Shown in pieces: positions 37,607-46,165 of a stretch of DNA of 64,000 nucleotides. The stretch's first letter is position 1; each line of letters opens with the position of its first letter. The position numbers and the translations under genes were made by a program. Origin of the DNA: an uncultured Gammaproteobacteria bacterium (lineage in GTDB: Bacteria; Patescibacteriota; Patescibacteriia; Magasanikbacterales; GWA2-37-8); assembly GCA_964407865.1 (NCBI GenBank), contig CAYOXC010000001.1, positions 203,978-267,977 on the forward strand, written 5' to 3'. Under the pieces are notes generated by a model. It searched no databases and was not told the origin of the DNA. It saw only the letters and a list, made by a program, of their open reading frames with translations.

Positions 37607-37640
37607 AATAATACCGCCATTTTGTGGCGGTATTATTTTT
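37607..37640. terminator. bidirectional hairpin terminator
   Basis: aataataccgcc-attttgt-ggcggtattatt, flanked by an A-run and a T-run. Confidence 0.7.
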
Positions 37641-37661
37641 TTATTATAAAAATTATTTTGA

Positions 37662-38270
37662 CTAGTCAATTACTTTTAACCCTCCTAGGTCTTCTTTTCG
37701 CACCTCTTTGTAAAGCGGATTCCAAACTAACGCCGGCGATCCATCTTTTTCAACAACATAGTAAGCAAATCCTCTCATCTGTTTAACTAACTCATAATCA
37801 GCATGACCAGGCATACTAACCGGATCGTGTTCTTCAAAATTTACAGGACTATCATCTGCGGTTACAAAATATGTTTCACTGGTATTAACAACTAGATGCC
37901 CCCAGCCTGATTTCATATGAACATTATCACCAGGTTTAACCACAATTGCCTTAAACTCTTCAACAATATCCGGTATGACATTACCATTTTCATCTACCGC
38001 AAGTATCTGCAAAAGTACTACACCCTCGCCAAATAAAATCCAATAATTTTCTTCTAAATCGCCTACATGGTAATGACCGTAGGTTTTTATATATTCTCCA
38101 CCGACAGTTCCGGGTTCCCAAATTGTGATATTCTTTTGCTCCTTACCGCCGCGAATCATGTAGTAGTGAATATCAGGCGCATCCGCATCAGAATTCATTA
38201 ACACCTCTTTCATTTTTTCATTTGTGCGAGCCGCATAATGCTTCCCCACATTTTTGAAATCTATATTCAT
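37662..38270 (-). CDS. cupin-type sugar-phosphate isomerase (cPGI-like)
   Basis: TYGHYHVGDLEENYW and HMKSGWGHLVVN resemble the cupin-type phosphoglucose isomerase metal-binding motifs. Confidence 0.45.
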   Translation of the reverse strand: MNIDFKNVGKHYAARTNEKMKEVLMNSDADAPDIHYYMIRGGKEQKNITIWEPGTVGGEYIKTYGHYHVGDLEENYWILFGEGVVLLQILAVDENGNVIPDIVEEFKAIVVKPGDNVHMKSGWGHLVVNTSETYFVTADDSPVNFEEHDPVSMPGHADYELVKQMRGFAYYVVEKDGSPALVWNPLYKEVRKEDLGGLKVID

Positions 38271-38296
38271 AACTACATATTTAATAAATTAATTAT

Positions 38297-39142
38297 TTAT
38301 GCAAAATACTCTTTAAGTGCTTCCTGCCATGACTGCTGAGGTCTTGTTTTGGTGTTAATTAAAGTTGAATCAATCGGACGAGCGGCCGGATTATTAAATT
38401 CACTCGAAGAAATTGAAATAAGTTTTGGCGACTTGCCAATATGTTTAAAAATCTCTTCTGCCCATTCATACCAACTACATGAGCCACTATTAGCACCGTG
38501 ATATATTCCATAGGGAGTCTTATTTATTATGAGCTCACGCGTAAATCGAGCTAAATCTGGTGCATATGTGGGAGATCCACGTTCGTCACTAACAACTTTC
38601 ACCTCCGTTAAATCTGATTTTTCTAACATAATTTCTACAAAACTTTTTTTACCACCAGACCTGCCTCGACGTCCAAAAATTCTGGACGGTCTTATGATAT
38701 AATATTTTCCACCGATTTTCTCAACATTTGTTTCTCCAAAAAATTTTGACTTTCCATATTCTGAGAGCGGATTTGGCTTATCTGATTCCACATACCCACT
38801 CCCCTTTTTTCCGTCAAAAACATAATCGGTTGAATAATTTACAAAAACAGCATTAATTTGCTTAGCTGATTCAGCCATGATTTTTGGCGCATCTGCGTTT
38901 ATGGTATAAGCCAATTCCCTCTCTTTGGTATCAGTTTCTGCCAAGTCAACACTATTATAACCAGAAGCATTAATAATAATCTGCGGTCTTTCGTTTAAAA
39001 TTTTTAGAGGCAATTCATCAGATGATATATCCAAATCGTCCTTATCAAGTCCGACGACAATATATGTATTTTTTAAAAACTCTCTAACCAATTCCTGGCC
39101 GAGAGTTCCCCTGGCTCCAAAAATTAAAACTTTTTCTTTCAT
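38297..39142 (-). CDS. rfbD: dTDP-4-dehydrorhamnose reductase
   Basis: GARGTLG Rossmann motif. 281 aa RmlD-like. Sits in a dTDP-sugar cluster. Confidence 0.7.
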   Translation of the reverse strand: MKEKVLIFGARGTLGQELVREFLKNTYIVVGLDKDDLDISSDELPLKILNERPQIIINASGYNSVDLAETDTKERELAYTINADAPKIMAESAKQINAVFVNYSTDYVFDGKKGSGYVESDKPNPLSEYGKSKFFGETNVEKIGGKYYIIRPSRIFGRRGRSGGKKSFVEIMLEKSDLTEVKVVSDERGSPTYAPDLARFTRELIINKTPYGIYHGANSGSCSWYEWAEEIFKHIGKSPKLISISSSEFNNPAARPIDSTLINTKTRPQQSWQEALKEYFA

Positions 39143-39144
39143 AT

Positions 39145-39549
39145 TTATGAACCAATAATCTTTCGATACTCTTCATAGTCCTCAACATAATCACTTCTAT
39201 CCTCCCGATAATTATGTGAAGAAACAGCTAAAAGAACCGCATCGTCACTAAAATCCTTAAAACCATGCCAAACATAATTACCGACATAAATAGCGTCACC
39301 AGGTGACTCGAGCGGTACATCCTCTTTGCCGTTTCCCTTATCAATAATGCCGACTGCCCTGCCTTTAGCCATAATAAATAATTCTTTTTCTTCTTTATGG
39401 CAGTGCTGATTGGTGGCTTGCCTGCAATTTTGAATAAAATATATCTTCTCAACTTTAAAATCAATATAATCTTTTAACTCGGCAAAGCTATAAGTTGCTT
39501 TATCGTTAACGACTACTTTTAACGATAATTTTTTAAAAATTAAATCCAT
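39145..39549 (-). CDS. cupin sugar 3,4-ketoisomerase (FdtA/WxcM-like)
   Basis: ORF trimmed to the start MDLIFKK. FdtA-like small cupin located between rmlB and rmlD homologs. Confidence 0.5.
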   Translation of the reverse strand: MDLIFKKLSLKVVVNDKATYSFAELKDYIDFKVEKIYFIQNCRQATNQHCHKEEKELFIMAKGRAVGIIDKGNGKEDVPLESPGDAIYVGNYVWHGFKDFSDDAVLLAVSSHNYREDRSDYVEDYEEYRKIIGS

Positions 39550-39553
39550 ATTA

Positions 39554-40645
39554 TTATATTGTGTTTTCTCCAGAAATAATTTTTTCCTCGTGATTTTTTT
39601 CTCGTTTTTCTCTGGTGGGTGCGTGGTTAATTTTATATGCATCTTCGTGCTTTGACCATAAATTTTCCACCCAATCACGATTGGTCAAATACCAATTAAT
39701 TGTTTCAGACATACCGACATCAAATTGGGCCCTATCGTAAACAGGTTTCCAGCCCAGAGCTTCTAGCTTGGAGGCATCAATGGCGTAGCGCAAATCATTA
39801 CCCGGGCGATCCTCGACAAACTCAATCATGCTCTCAGGCTTGTTCATCGCAGATAGAATTATTTTAGCAATTTCTAAATTATTGCGCTCATTATCAACGC
39901 CAACATTATATATTTCACCTGGCTTTCCCTTGTGAAGCATCAAATCAAGCGCGGTACAGTGGTCACGAACATAAATCCAATCTCTTACATTAACTCCCGA
40001 ACCATGAATTAAGATCGGTTTATTTTTTAACAATCGGAAAATAGAAGAAGGAATTAGCTTTTCAGGATACTGATAAGGACCATAGTTGTTAGAGCAATGT
40101 GTGACAATAACCGGAATTTTATGCGTAACAAAATATGAACGACAAATCATGTCACCCCCAGCTTTGGCGGCAGCATATGGCATATTTGGTTCAACAGGTG
40201 TTTCTTCGGTAAAACGCCTCTCGTCATCTAGGGCTAATGTGCCGTAAACCTCGTCTGTTGATACATTAACAAATTTCTTAATATCATAATTACGCGCTAA
40301 ATTTGCTAACATCAAGACGCCGTAAGTATTTGTCATGACGAACTCTGAGCAATCACCAAAAATAGACCGATCAACATGAGTTTCAGCCGCAAAATTTATT
40401 ATGTGATCAATGTTATATTTTTCGACTACCTCGGCCAATAACTTGTAATCACAAATATCGCCGTGAATAAAAGTATAACGCGTCGAATATTCCAATTTAT
40501 TTTCTATGGCCTTTAAATTTTCCAGATTGCCGGCATAGGTCAACTTATCATAATTCACCACTTCATAATACGGATATTTTTCCAGAATATGATGAATAAA
40601 GTTCGAGCCGATGAACCCAGCGCCTCCACAAACTAATATTTTCAT
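39554..40645 (-). CDS. rfbB: dTDP-glucose 4,6-dehydratase
   Basis: MKILVCGGAGFIGSNF..., extended SDR YxxxK, 363 aa. Confidence 0.9.
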   Translation of the reverse strand: MKILVCGGAGFIGSNFIHHILEKYPYYEVVNYDKLTYAGNLENLKAIENKLEYSTRYTFIHGDICDYKLLAEVVEKYNIDHIINFAAETHVDRSIFGDCSEFVMTNTYGVLMLANLARNYDIKKFVNVSTDEVYGTLALDDERRFTEETPVEPNMPYAAAKAGGDMICRSYFVTHKIPVIVTHCSNNYGPYQYPEKLIPSSIFRLLKNKPILIHGSGVNVRDWIYVRDHCTALDLMLHKGKPGEIYNVGVDNERNNLEIAKIILSAMNKPESMIEFVEDRPGNDLRYAIDASKLEALGWKPVYDRAQFDVGMSETINWYLTNRDWVENLWSKHEDAYKINHAPTREKREKNHEEKIISGENTI

Positions 40646-40661
40646 AGCACACTAAATATTA

Positions 40662-41756
40662 TTACCACCAGATTAATATTTTAAGCAAAAACCAATAAAT
40701 TGTAAAGACTATATTGGCAAAAATACGAACAATAAAAGGTATTTTTAAATCAGCAATGCCGACAGTGGTGTGAGTAGATGCTAATAACTGGCGGTCTGAA
40801 ATCTTTCGTTTTGTTTGAATAATCTTTCTTTTTTTAAGCCAACTACTCCAATTCTTCGGATTACACCAATACGCATATACATTAAATAATTCCCTATGCC
40901 ACCCTTGAATTACCGATACAATAATTAACCCTAGATTAAAAAGGATTTCTAATGGCAAAAGCAAAATAATTGTTGGCCATTTATAAAACAGTAATTTAAG
41001 AGCATGGCGATTGCGTTCAATCCAAAAAAATTTATTTGGTTTATTAGAAAAATCATATTGATGATAAAAGATAGCCTGAGCCGCTAAACTAATTTTGTAA
41101 CCCAACAATTTTAGTCTAATAGAATATTCAGTATCTTCGTGATAAAGAAAAAAATCCTCATCCCAATAACCAAATTCTTTTAATAGATCAGCTCGCATAA
41201 ACGCTGCAGCTCCGCTAGTATAGCCAATTGAATATACTTGTAAATAATCATTAGTTTTACGCTCCCGATAATTTGAGCAATAACCAAAACCCAAATAATG
41301 AAAAGCATTGCCAAAAGAATTGATTAATTCGGTTTCCGGATAAAGACAAATTAATGGTTGGCATTCACCAATTTCTCTGTCTAGCCCCATCACCTCAACC
41401 ATTTTTTGAATGGCGTTGTCCGCCAAATATCCGTCTGCATTATGCAAAAATATGTAATCAGCACCATGCAGAACCGCATATCTGGCTCCAAAATTGTTAC
41501 CAGCTGAAAAACCAATATTGCTGTCAGGTGTTAAAACCACTGTTTCAGGCAACGTGTCTTTTTTGTAATCCACTTCACTTTGTATAAACTTAAGTTCAGA
41601 CAATCCATCCTTTCTTGGCCCATTATAGACAATCACTAACATCAGATTTTCTCTGTTGTATGACTGACTAATCACAGCATCAAGCGCGCGAGCCAAATAT
41701 TTTTTTGGCTCATCGGCCCAACATAAATATATTATCGCCACTTTCGAAGATGCCAT
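40662..41756 (-). CDS. glycosyltransferase family 2 with C-terminal TM helices
   Basis: GT-A fold motifs (DxD-like region). Confidence 0.7.
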   Translation of the reverse strand: MASSKVAIIYLCWADEPKKYLARALDAVISQSYNRENLMLVIVYNGPRKDGLSELKFIQSEVDYKKDTLPETVVLTPDSNIGFSAGNNFGARYAVLHGADYIFLHNADGYLADNAIQKMVEVMGLDREIGECQPLICLYPETELINSFGNAFHYLGFGYCSNYRERKTNDYLQVYSIGYTSGAAAFMRADLLKEFGYWDEDFFLYHEDTEYSIRLKLLGYKISLAAQAIFYHQYDFSNKPNKFFWIERNRHALKLLFYKWPTIILLLPLEILFNLGLIIVSVIQGWHRELFNVYAYWCNPKNWSSWLKKRKIIQTKRKISDRQLLASTHTTVGIADLKIPFIVRIFANIVFTIYWFLLKILIWW

Positions 41757-41759
41757 AGA

Positions 41760-42584
41760 TTAATGAGTATAATAACGGCGATTATTGCGCCACTTCATAA
41801 AATACTTAAGCCAACTCAAAATATGAACTCTGGTAAAACGATTTTTGAGTACTGCACGAATAATACCGGGAACTTTTGCCGATGCTCGTCCGTGAGTATG
41901 CAACAAATATATGTCATGAACATAATAAACTGCCCAACCCGCTTCCCAAAGACGACGGCATAAATCACTGTCTTCAGCGTACATAAAATAGCGCTCATCA
42001 AAACCGCCCACCTGTTTATAAGCATCCCTACGAAAAAGCATCGCTGAACCCATCACCCAATCAACCGGAATAGTACTGTTGTGGTCAAAATCTTTCATTA
42101 AATATTTATCAGTTGATATTTTCCCGATTCTGGTCTGACCCAAGCTGGTTCGAGAAAATACCGGCTGAAAAAATGACGGAAAACGATAACATGAATATTG
42201 AAGAGAGTTGTCAGGATAAAAAATTTTGGGTCCAGCGATACCAACACGAGGATTACTGTCCATAAACTGAATAAATTTCTTCAAAAAATTCTGACCCGGC
42301 GGAAAAGAAGTATCTGGATTAAGTATAAAATAATAACGCGCTTCATTATTTTCCAACGCTCGATTGTGTGAATAGCCAAAACCCTTATTTGTTTTATGTT
42401 TTATGACGGATAAATTTGGATATTTATTTGTCAGCTCTTCAACATTCTCGCCAGAAGCATTGTCGATTATTACAACAGCAAAACTCAAACCAGAGTCATT
42501 TGCATCCAAATAAAAAGAATTAAGAGATTTCTCAATCTCTTCGCGCTCTTTGGTGTTTACAATTGTCACGCAAACATCAAACAT
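41760..42584 (-). CDS. glycosyltransferase family 2
   Basis: VVIIDNASGENVEEL plus the YAEDSDLCRRL motif. Confidence 0.75.
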   Translation of the reverse strand: MFDVCVTIVNTKEREEIEKSLNSFYLDANDSGLSFAVVIIDNASGENVEELTNKYPNLSVIKHKTNKGFGYSHNRALENNEARYYFILNPDTSFPPGQNFLKKFIQFMDSNPRVGIAGPKIFYPDNSLQYSCYRFPSFFQPVFSRTSLGQTRIGKISTDKYLMKDFDHNSTIPVDWVMGSAMLFRRDAYKQVGGFDERYFMYAEDSDLCRRLWEAGWAVYYVHDIYLLHTHGRASAKVPGIIRAVLKNRFTRVHILSWLKYFMKWRNNRRYYTH

Positions 42585-42587
42585 AAA

Positions 42588-43679
42588 CTAAAGCCACCAA
42601 CGTCTCAGGCCCTTCCAATACATACGCCTGGATTTAACAACTACACGGCGTGATTGCCGCAAATATTTACCTTCCTTAAAAATCTGCAACCAACCGAGAA
42701 AAATAATTTTTGGATCGGTTAAAAGAATATATATAAACTTCTTAAATTCGTACCAAATAATTAAAGGAAGATCAATCAGAAAATTTTGCCAGTATTCGTT
42801 TTTATACAATGTTCTCAAATGATTTTTATATGAATGAAAACGAACAAAATATGATTGGGTTGTCTTGTTTCTCAGGGCCGCCCAATCACTCATTTTTTTA
42901 GGTCCAGCACCAGTCCGATTATGATAAACTATGGCATTTAAAATAACATAGGAAACATACCCGGCGTTGCGCAGTCTATAAGCCAAATCAAGATCCTCTT
43001 TATATGAATGATATGTCGGATCAAATATATTTTCGCCCGGTAGAAGAACTTGATCAATAATGTTTTTTCGGTAAACAGCAAAAGCGCCTGAAACACCGAA
43101 CACCTCTAAAGTCTGCTTGTCATAAATTTTTTGAACTTCTAGCGAGGAACTATCATTCGCCCATTCATACCTGGTCAGCCATTCAACTGCCCGCCGATTA
43201 CGAAATAAGCGTATACCGACTGCATCTATTTGCGAGGTAAAACCCTGTCGCGCTGCTCTCAGATAATCAACACCACTTTGGCTAGCTACACGAGATAATT
43301 CAAAATCCCAACGCATTAACCTGGGTGCCACGGCAGTAGTGTTTGAATGCCTATCCATAAAATCAATAATTTTTTCTAAGACATCTGGCATAATAAACGT
43401 ATCTGCGTTTAAAAGAGCAAAGAACGGAGTTCGGCATAATTTATATGCCTGGTTATTGCCAATAGCAAAACCCTGATTAACACTGTTTTCTATCAGGCGA
43501 TACTCAATACCGGATTGATCTAACTCACTTTTTATCAGCTCTTTTGTTTTATCTGTTGAACCGTTATCAACCACAATCATTTCAAAATCTTTGAAAATTT
43601 GATTTTTTAACGAAGCAACTAAATAGCTAATGTATTCCGCTCCATTTCTAACTACTATGCTCAAAGTTAATTTATGCAT
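42588..43679 (-). CDS. glycosyltransferase family 2
   Basis: SIVVRNGAEY..IVVDNGSTD, KEDLDLAYRL. Confidence 0.75.
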   Translation of the reverse strand: MHKLTLSIVVRNGAEYISYLVASLKNQIFKDFEMIVVDNGSTDKTKELIKSELDQSGIEYRLIENSVNQGFAIGNNQAYKLCRTPFFALLNADTFIMPDVLEKIIDFMDRHSNTTAVAPRLMRWDFELSRVASQSGVDYLRAARQGFTSQIDAVGIRLFRNRRAVEWLTRYEWANDSSSLEVQKIYDKQTLEVFGVSGAFAVYRKNIIDQVLLPGENIFDPTYHSYKEDLDLAYRLRNAGYVSYVILNAIVYHNRTGAGPKKMSDWAALRNKTTQSYFVRFHSYKNHLRTLYKNEYWQNFLIDLPLIIWYEFKKFIYILLTDPKIIFLGWLQIFKEGKYLRQSRRVVVKSRRMYWKGLRRWWL

Positions 43680-43693
43680 ACTTAATCAAATTA

Positions 43694-44536
43694 CTATTTT
43701 GAAAAAATAATCACAAGAAAAATTCCAACTGGCCTAAAGATGGCAATCCAAATCCATTTATACCAGGGTTCCCATTTTTTAAAATATTCCAACATGCTCT
43801 TTGTAAAAATTTTCTGTTTCCACAAAGTTTCTTTTTTCTTAAAACTTTGTCCGACAAAATCAACACAGGATATCACAGGCGTATAAACTACCTTCATTCC
43901 TAATTTTTTACACTCCCTACAAATATCGACATCTTCAAACCAAATATAATAACGCGGATCAAAAGCCCAGCCGAGCTTCTGGAAAAGTTCTCTACGCATT
44001 AGCAAGAAAGATCCTCTAACCGAATCTACTTCCCTTTCTTTGTTTGGGTCAAAATCACTATAAAGATACTTACTCAACAATTTTGGAAATAAATGTGATA
44101 GTTTCAACAAAATTGCTATTTGATCAACTAATTTGGGAAATCGACGAGGTTTAGCTTGTTCATTAAAATTTCCTTCTTCATTCAATAATTTACAACTTAC
44201 AATACCGACCTCAGGCCTCGACCTTAACCAATTAACAATTTTATCCAGACTCTTTTCCTCAACCCTCATGTCTGGATTCAAAAAAAGAAAAAAATCTCCC
44301 TTCGCTTTAGCCACCGCCTGATTATTAGCGTGGCCAAACCCTTCATTTTTTAAATTAGTAATAATATTTACGGCGGGAAACTGATTCTTGACCGTTTCTG
44401 GCGTTCCGTCATAGGAACCATTGTCAACAACCCACTGTTCAAACGATAAATTAGAGATACCGTTAATTACTGACTTAATCTGAGACAAAATATATTTTTT
44501 ATCATTGTGAGTTACGGTAATAATCGACAGATCCAT
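43694..44536 (-). CDS. glycosyltransferase family 2
   Basis: SIITVTHNDK...VVDNGSYDGT, FEDVDICRE. Confidence 0.8.
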   Translation of the reverse strand: MDLSIITVTHNDKKYILSQIKSVINGISNLSFEQWVVDNGSYDGTPETVKNQFPAVNIITNLKNEGFGHANNQAVAKAKGDFFLFLNPDMRVEEKSLDKIVNWLRSRPEVGIVSCKLLNEEGNFNEQAKPRRFPKLVDQIAILLKLSHLFPKLLSKYLYSDFDPNKEREVDSVRGSFLLMRRELFQKLGWAFDPRYYIWFEDVDICRECKKLGMKVVYTPVISCVDFVGQSFKKKETLWKQKIFTKSMLEYFKKWEPWYKWIWIAIFRPVGIFLVIIFSK

Positions 44537-44650
44537 ATTTGATAATTAGGCAGTTGCAAAAATACAAAATATAGCTTTATTCAAGCAGTTTTTAGCTTAA
44601 CACAGCAAAACTATCATATCATATGTTTAGTAAATGTCAAAATCAAAAAA

Positions 44651-44675
44651 CCTCCTTAGCAAGGAGGCAAAATTA
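44651..44675 (-). terminator. hairpin terminator downstream of the ftsW-like gene
   Basis: cctcctt-agc-aaggagg, with a T-run on the minus strand. Confidence 0.6.
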
Positions 44676-44696
44676 AGGTAGCAATTTATATAAACG

Positions 44697-45806
44697 TTAC
44701 CTTGAAGCCCTGTTAATGCTTGCGATTATTCCAACAGCCGCCAAACATATCATAAGAGAAGTGCCTCCATGGCTTACAAAAGGTAAAGTTACTCCAGTTA
44801 AGGGCAGAAGCCCTACCATTGCCCCAATATTTATGAATGATTGCCAAAAAAACCATATGATTATTCCTGAAACAACAAGGGAACTATAGTCATCCGGCGC
44901 ATCTTTTGCAATCTTAAACCCTCGCCAGGCAATGACTAAAATTAAAGCAGCTAATCCGATGGAAAATAAAAACCCCATTTCTTCAGCAACAACAGCATAA
45001 ATTGAATCCGAATGCGCCTCGGGTAAATATAAATGTTTCTGTCTTGAGTGGCCAAAGCCAAGACCCCAAAATCCTCCTGAACCGACTGCCAAAAAAGACT
45101 GATTAACATGATAACCAACACCCTGAGGATCTAATTCTGGGTGTAAAAATATCGTTAATCTATTCATTCTGTAAGGTGCGACAACGATCATAACAGCAAC
45201 TAAAGCTACTCCAATAGCGATTAAAACAGCTAAATACGATTTTGGAATTCTGGCCACATACAAAAGGCCGATTGCAATACCGCCCAGAACCACCAGAGTT
45301 CCAATGTCCGGCTGCAAGGCAATTAAAGCTAATAGCGGAGCTATAATACCGAGGACAGGTAAAAGGCCATTTTTCCAATCAGTTAAATCACGCTCAGGAT
45401 CAGTGAGTAAAAGAGATAATATCATTATTAAAGAAAGTTTTGCTAATTCCGCAGGCTGAAAATGAACAAAACCAAAATCGATCCAAGAATTGGCATACTT
45501 ATTAAAATCAGCGCCAATACCTGGTATAAAGACAAGTATTAATAAAGCGAGACAGGCAAAATAAAATACCCAAGTAATTTTTTTCCAAAAATCATGGCGG
45601 AACCTTGCTAAAATTATAAATAATAAAAAGCCAGGCGCTACCCCGTAAAAAATTTGACGCTTAACAAAATAATACGTATCTCCAAAACGAGAATAGCCAT
45701 AAGGGGCGCTGGCAGATATTAAAGCCGCCAAACCGAACAGTGTCAGGATGGCGATGTAAACCAAAAATAAACGGTCTGCTTTTTTTCGAGCCGATTCAAT
45801 AGCCAT
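44697..45806 (-). CDS. SEDS-family peptidoglycan glycosyltransferase (FtsW/RodA)
   Basis: Ten-TM SEDS architecture. Confidence 0.85.
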   Translation of the reverse strand: MAIESARKKADRLFLVYIAILTLFGLAALISASAPYGYSRFGDTYYFVKRQIFYGVAPGFLLFIILARFRHDFWKKITWVFYFACLALLILVFIPGIGADFNKYANSWIDFGFVHFQPAELAKLSLIMILSLLLTDPERDLTDWKNGLLPVLGIIAPLLALIALQPDIGTLVVLGGIAIGLLYVARIPKSYLAVLIAIGVALVAVMIVVAPYRMNRLTIFLHPELDPQGVGYHVNQSFLAVGSGGFWGLGFGHSRQKHLYLPEAHSDSIYAVVAEEMGFLFSIGLAALILVIAWRGFKIAKDAPDDYSSLVVSGIIIWFFWQSFINIGAMVGLLPLTGVTLPFVSHGGTSLMICLAAVGIIASINRASR

Positions 45807-45809
45807 AAT

Positions 45810-46163
45810 TTAGAGATTTATATCTACTGTAAAATATACAGCTACAGCTAAAAAAATTTCAAAAACCGAAACAAAGACTGTTAGAAAACGAGATACGATT
45901 TTATCTTTGTTATAACAATATATCGCCGCTAAATAATTTATGACAAGTATTAATAAGCCAACCAAGGGTAAAAATAAAATACGCCACCATTCACCCACTA
46001 AATCAATGCCAAAAATTACATTATAATGAAGAAATAATATATCAGATTTAAAGCCAAGCTTGGCAAATATGTATATCCACATAAAAAACTCCGCCACAAT
46101 CGAAACGGTAAGCGGTAAATATACCCAAGGATCCTTAATGAAGACTTTAAGTAAATAAAACAT
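45810..46163 (-). CDS. small polytopic membrane protein (about 117 aa)
   Basis: The ATG at 46161-46163 lies 2 nt after the Clp-like stop. The ORF track extends it to a TTG start. Confidence 0.45.
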   Translation of the reverse strand: MFYLLKVFIKDPWVYLPLTVSIVAEFFMWIYIFAKLGFKSDILFLHYNVIFGIDLVGEWWRILFLPLVGLLILVINYLAAIYCYNKDKIVSRFLTVFVSVFEIFLAVAVYFTVDINL

Positions 46164-46165
46164 AA

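Larger units (their letters stand above)
32333..37640 (-). mobile_element. integrase-less tandem cassette island at the tRNA-Pro(CGG) 3' end: two nuclease-rich cassettes bounded by conserved promoter (A) and terminator (B) repeats
   Basis: The layout is tRNA-Pro | B1 | three genes | A1, then a degraded tRNA 3' copy, then B2 | three genes | A2, ending in a tRNA-Pro-like element C2 with an exact 15-nt tRNA 3'-end copy (tcccggtaccccgac) at 37589-37603. See findings. Confidence 0.5.

Noticed and set aside
37234-37786. ORFs 37234..37620 (-) and 37442..37786 (+) spanning repeat A2 and C2
   Set aside because: Same reason. They cross a promoter repeat, a tRNA-like element and terminator hairpins. 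The upstream part of 36799..37233 was trimmed to the Met just downstream of the promoter.
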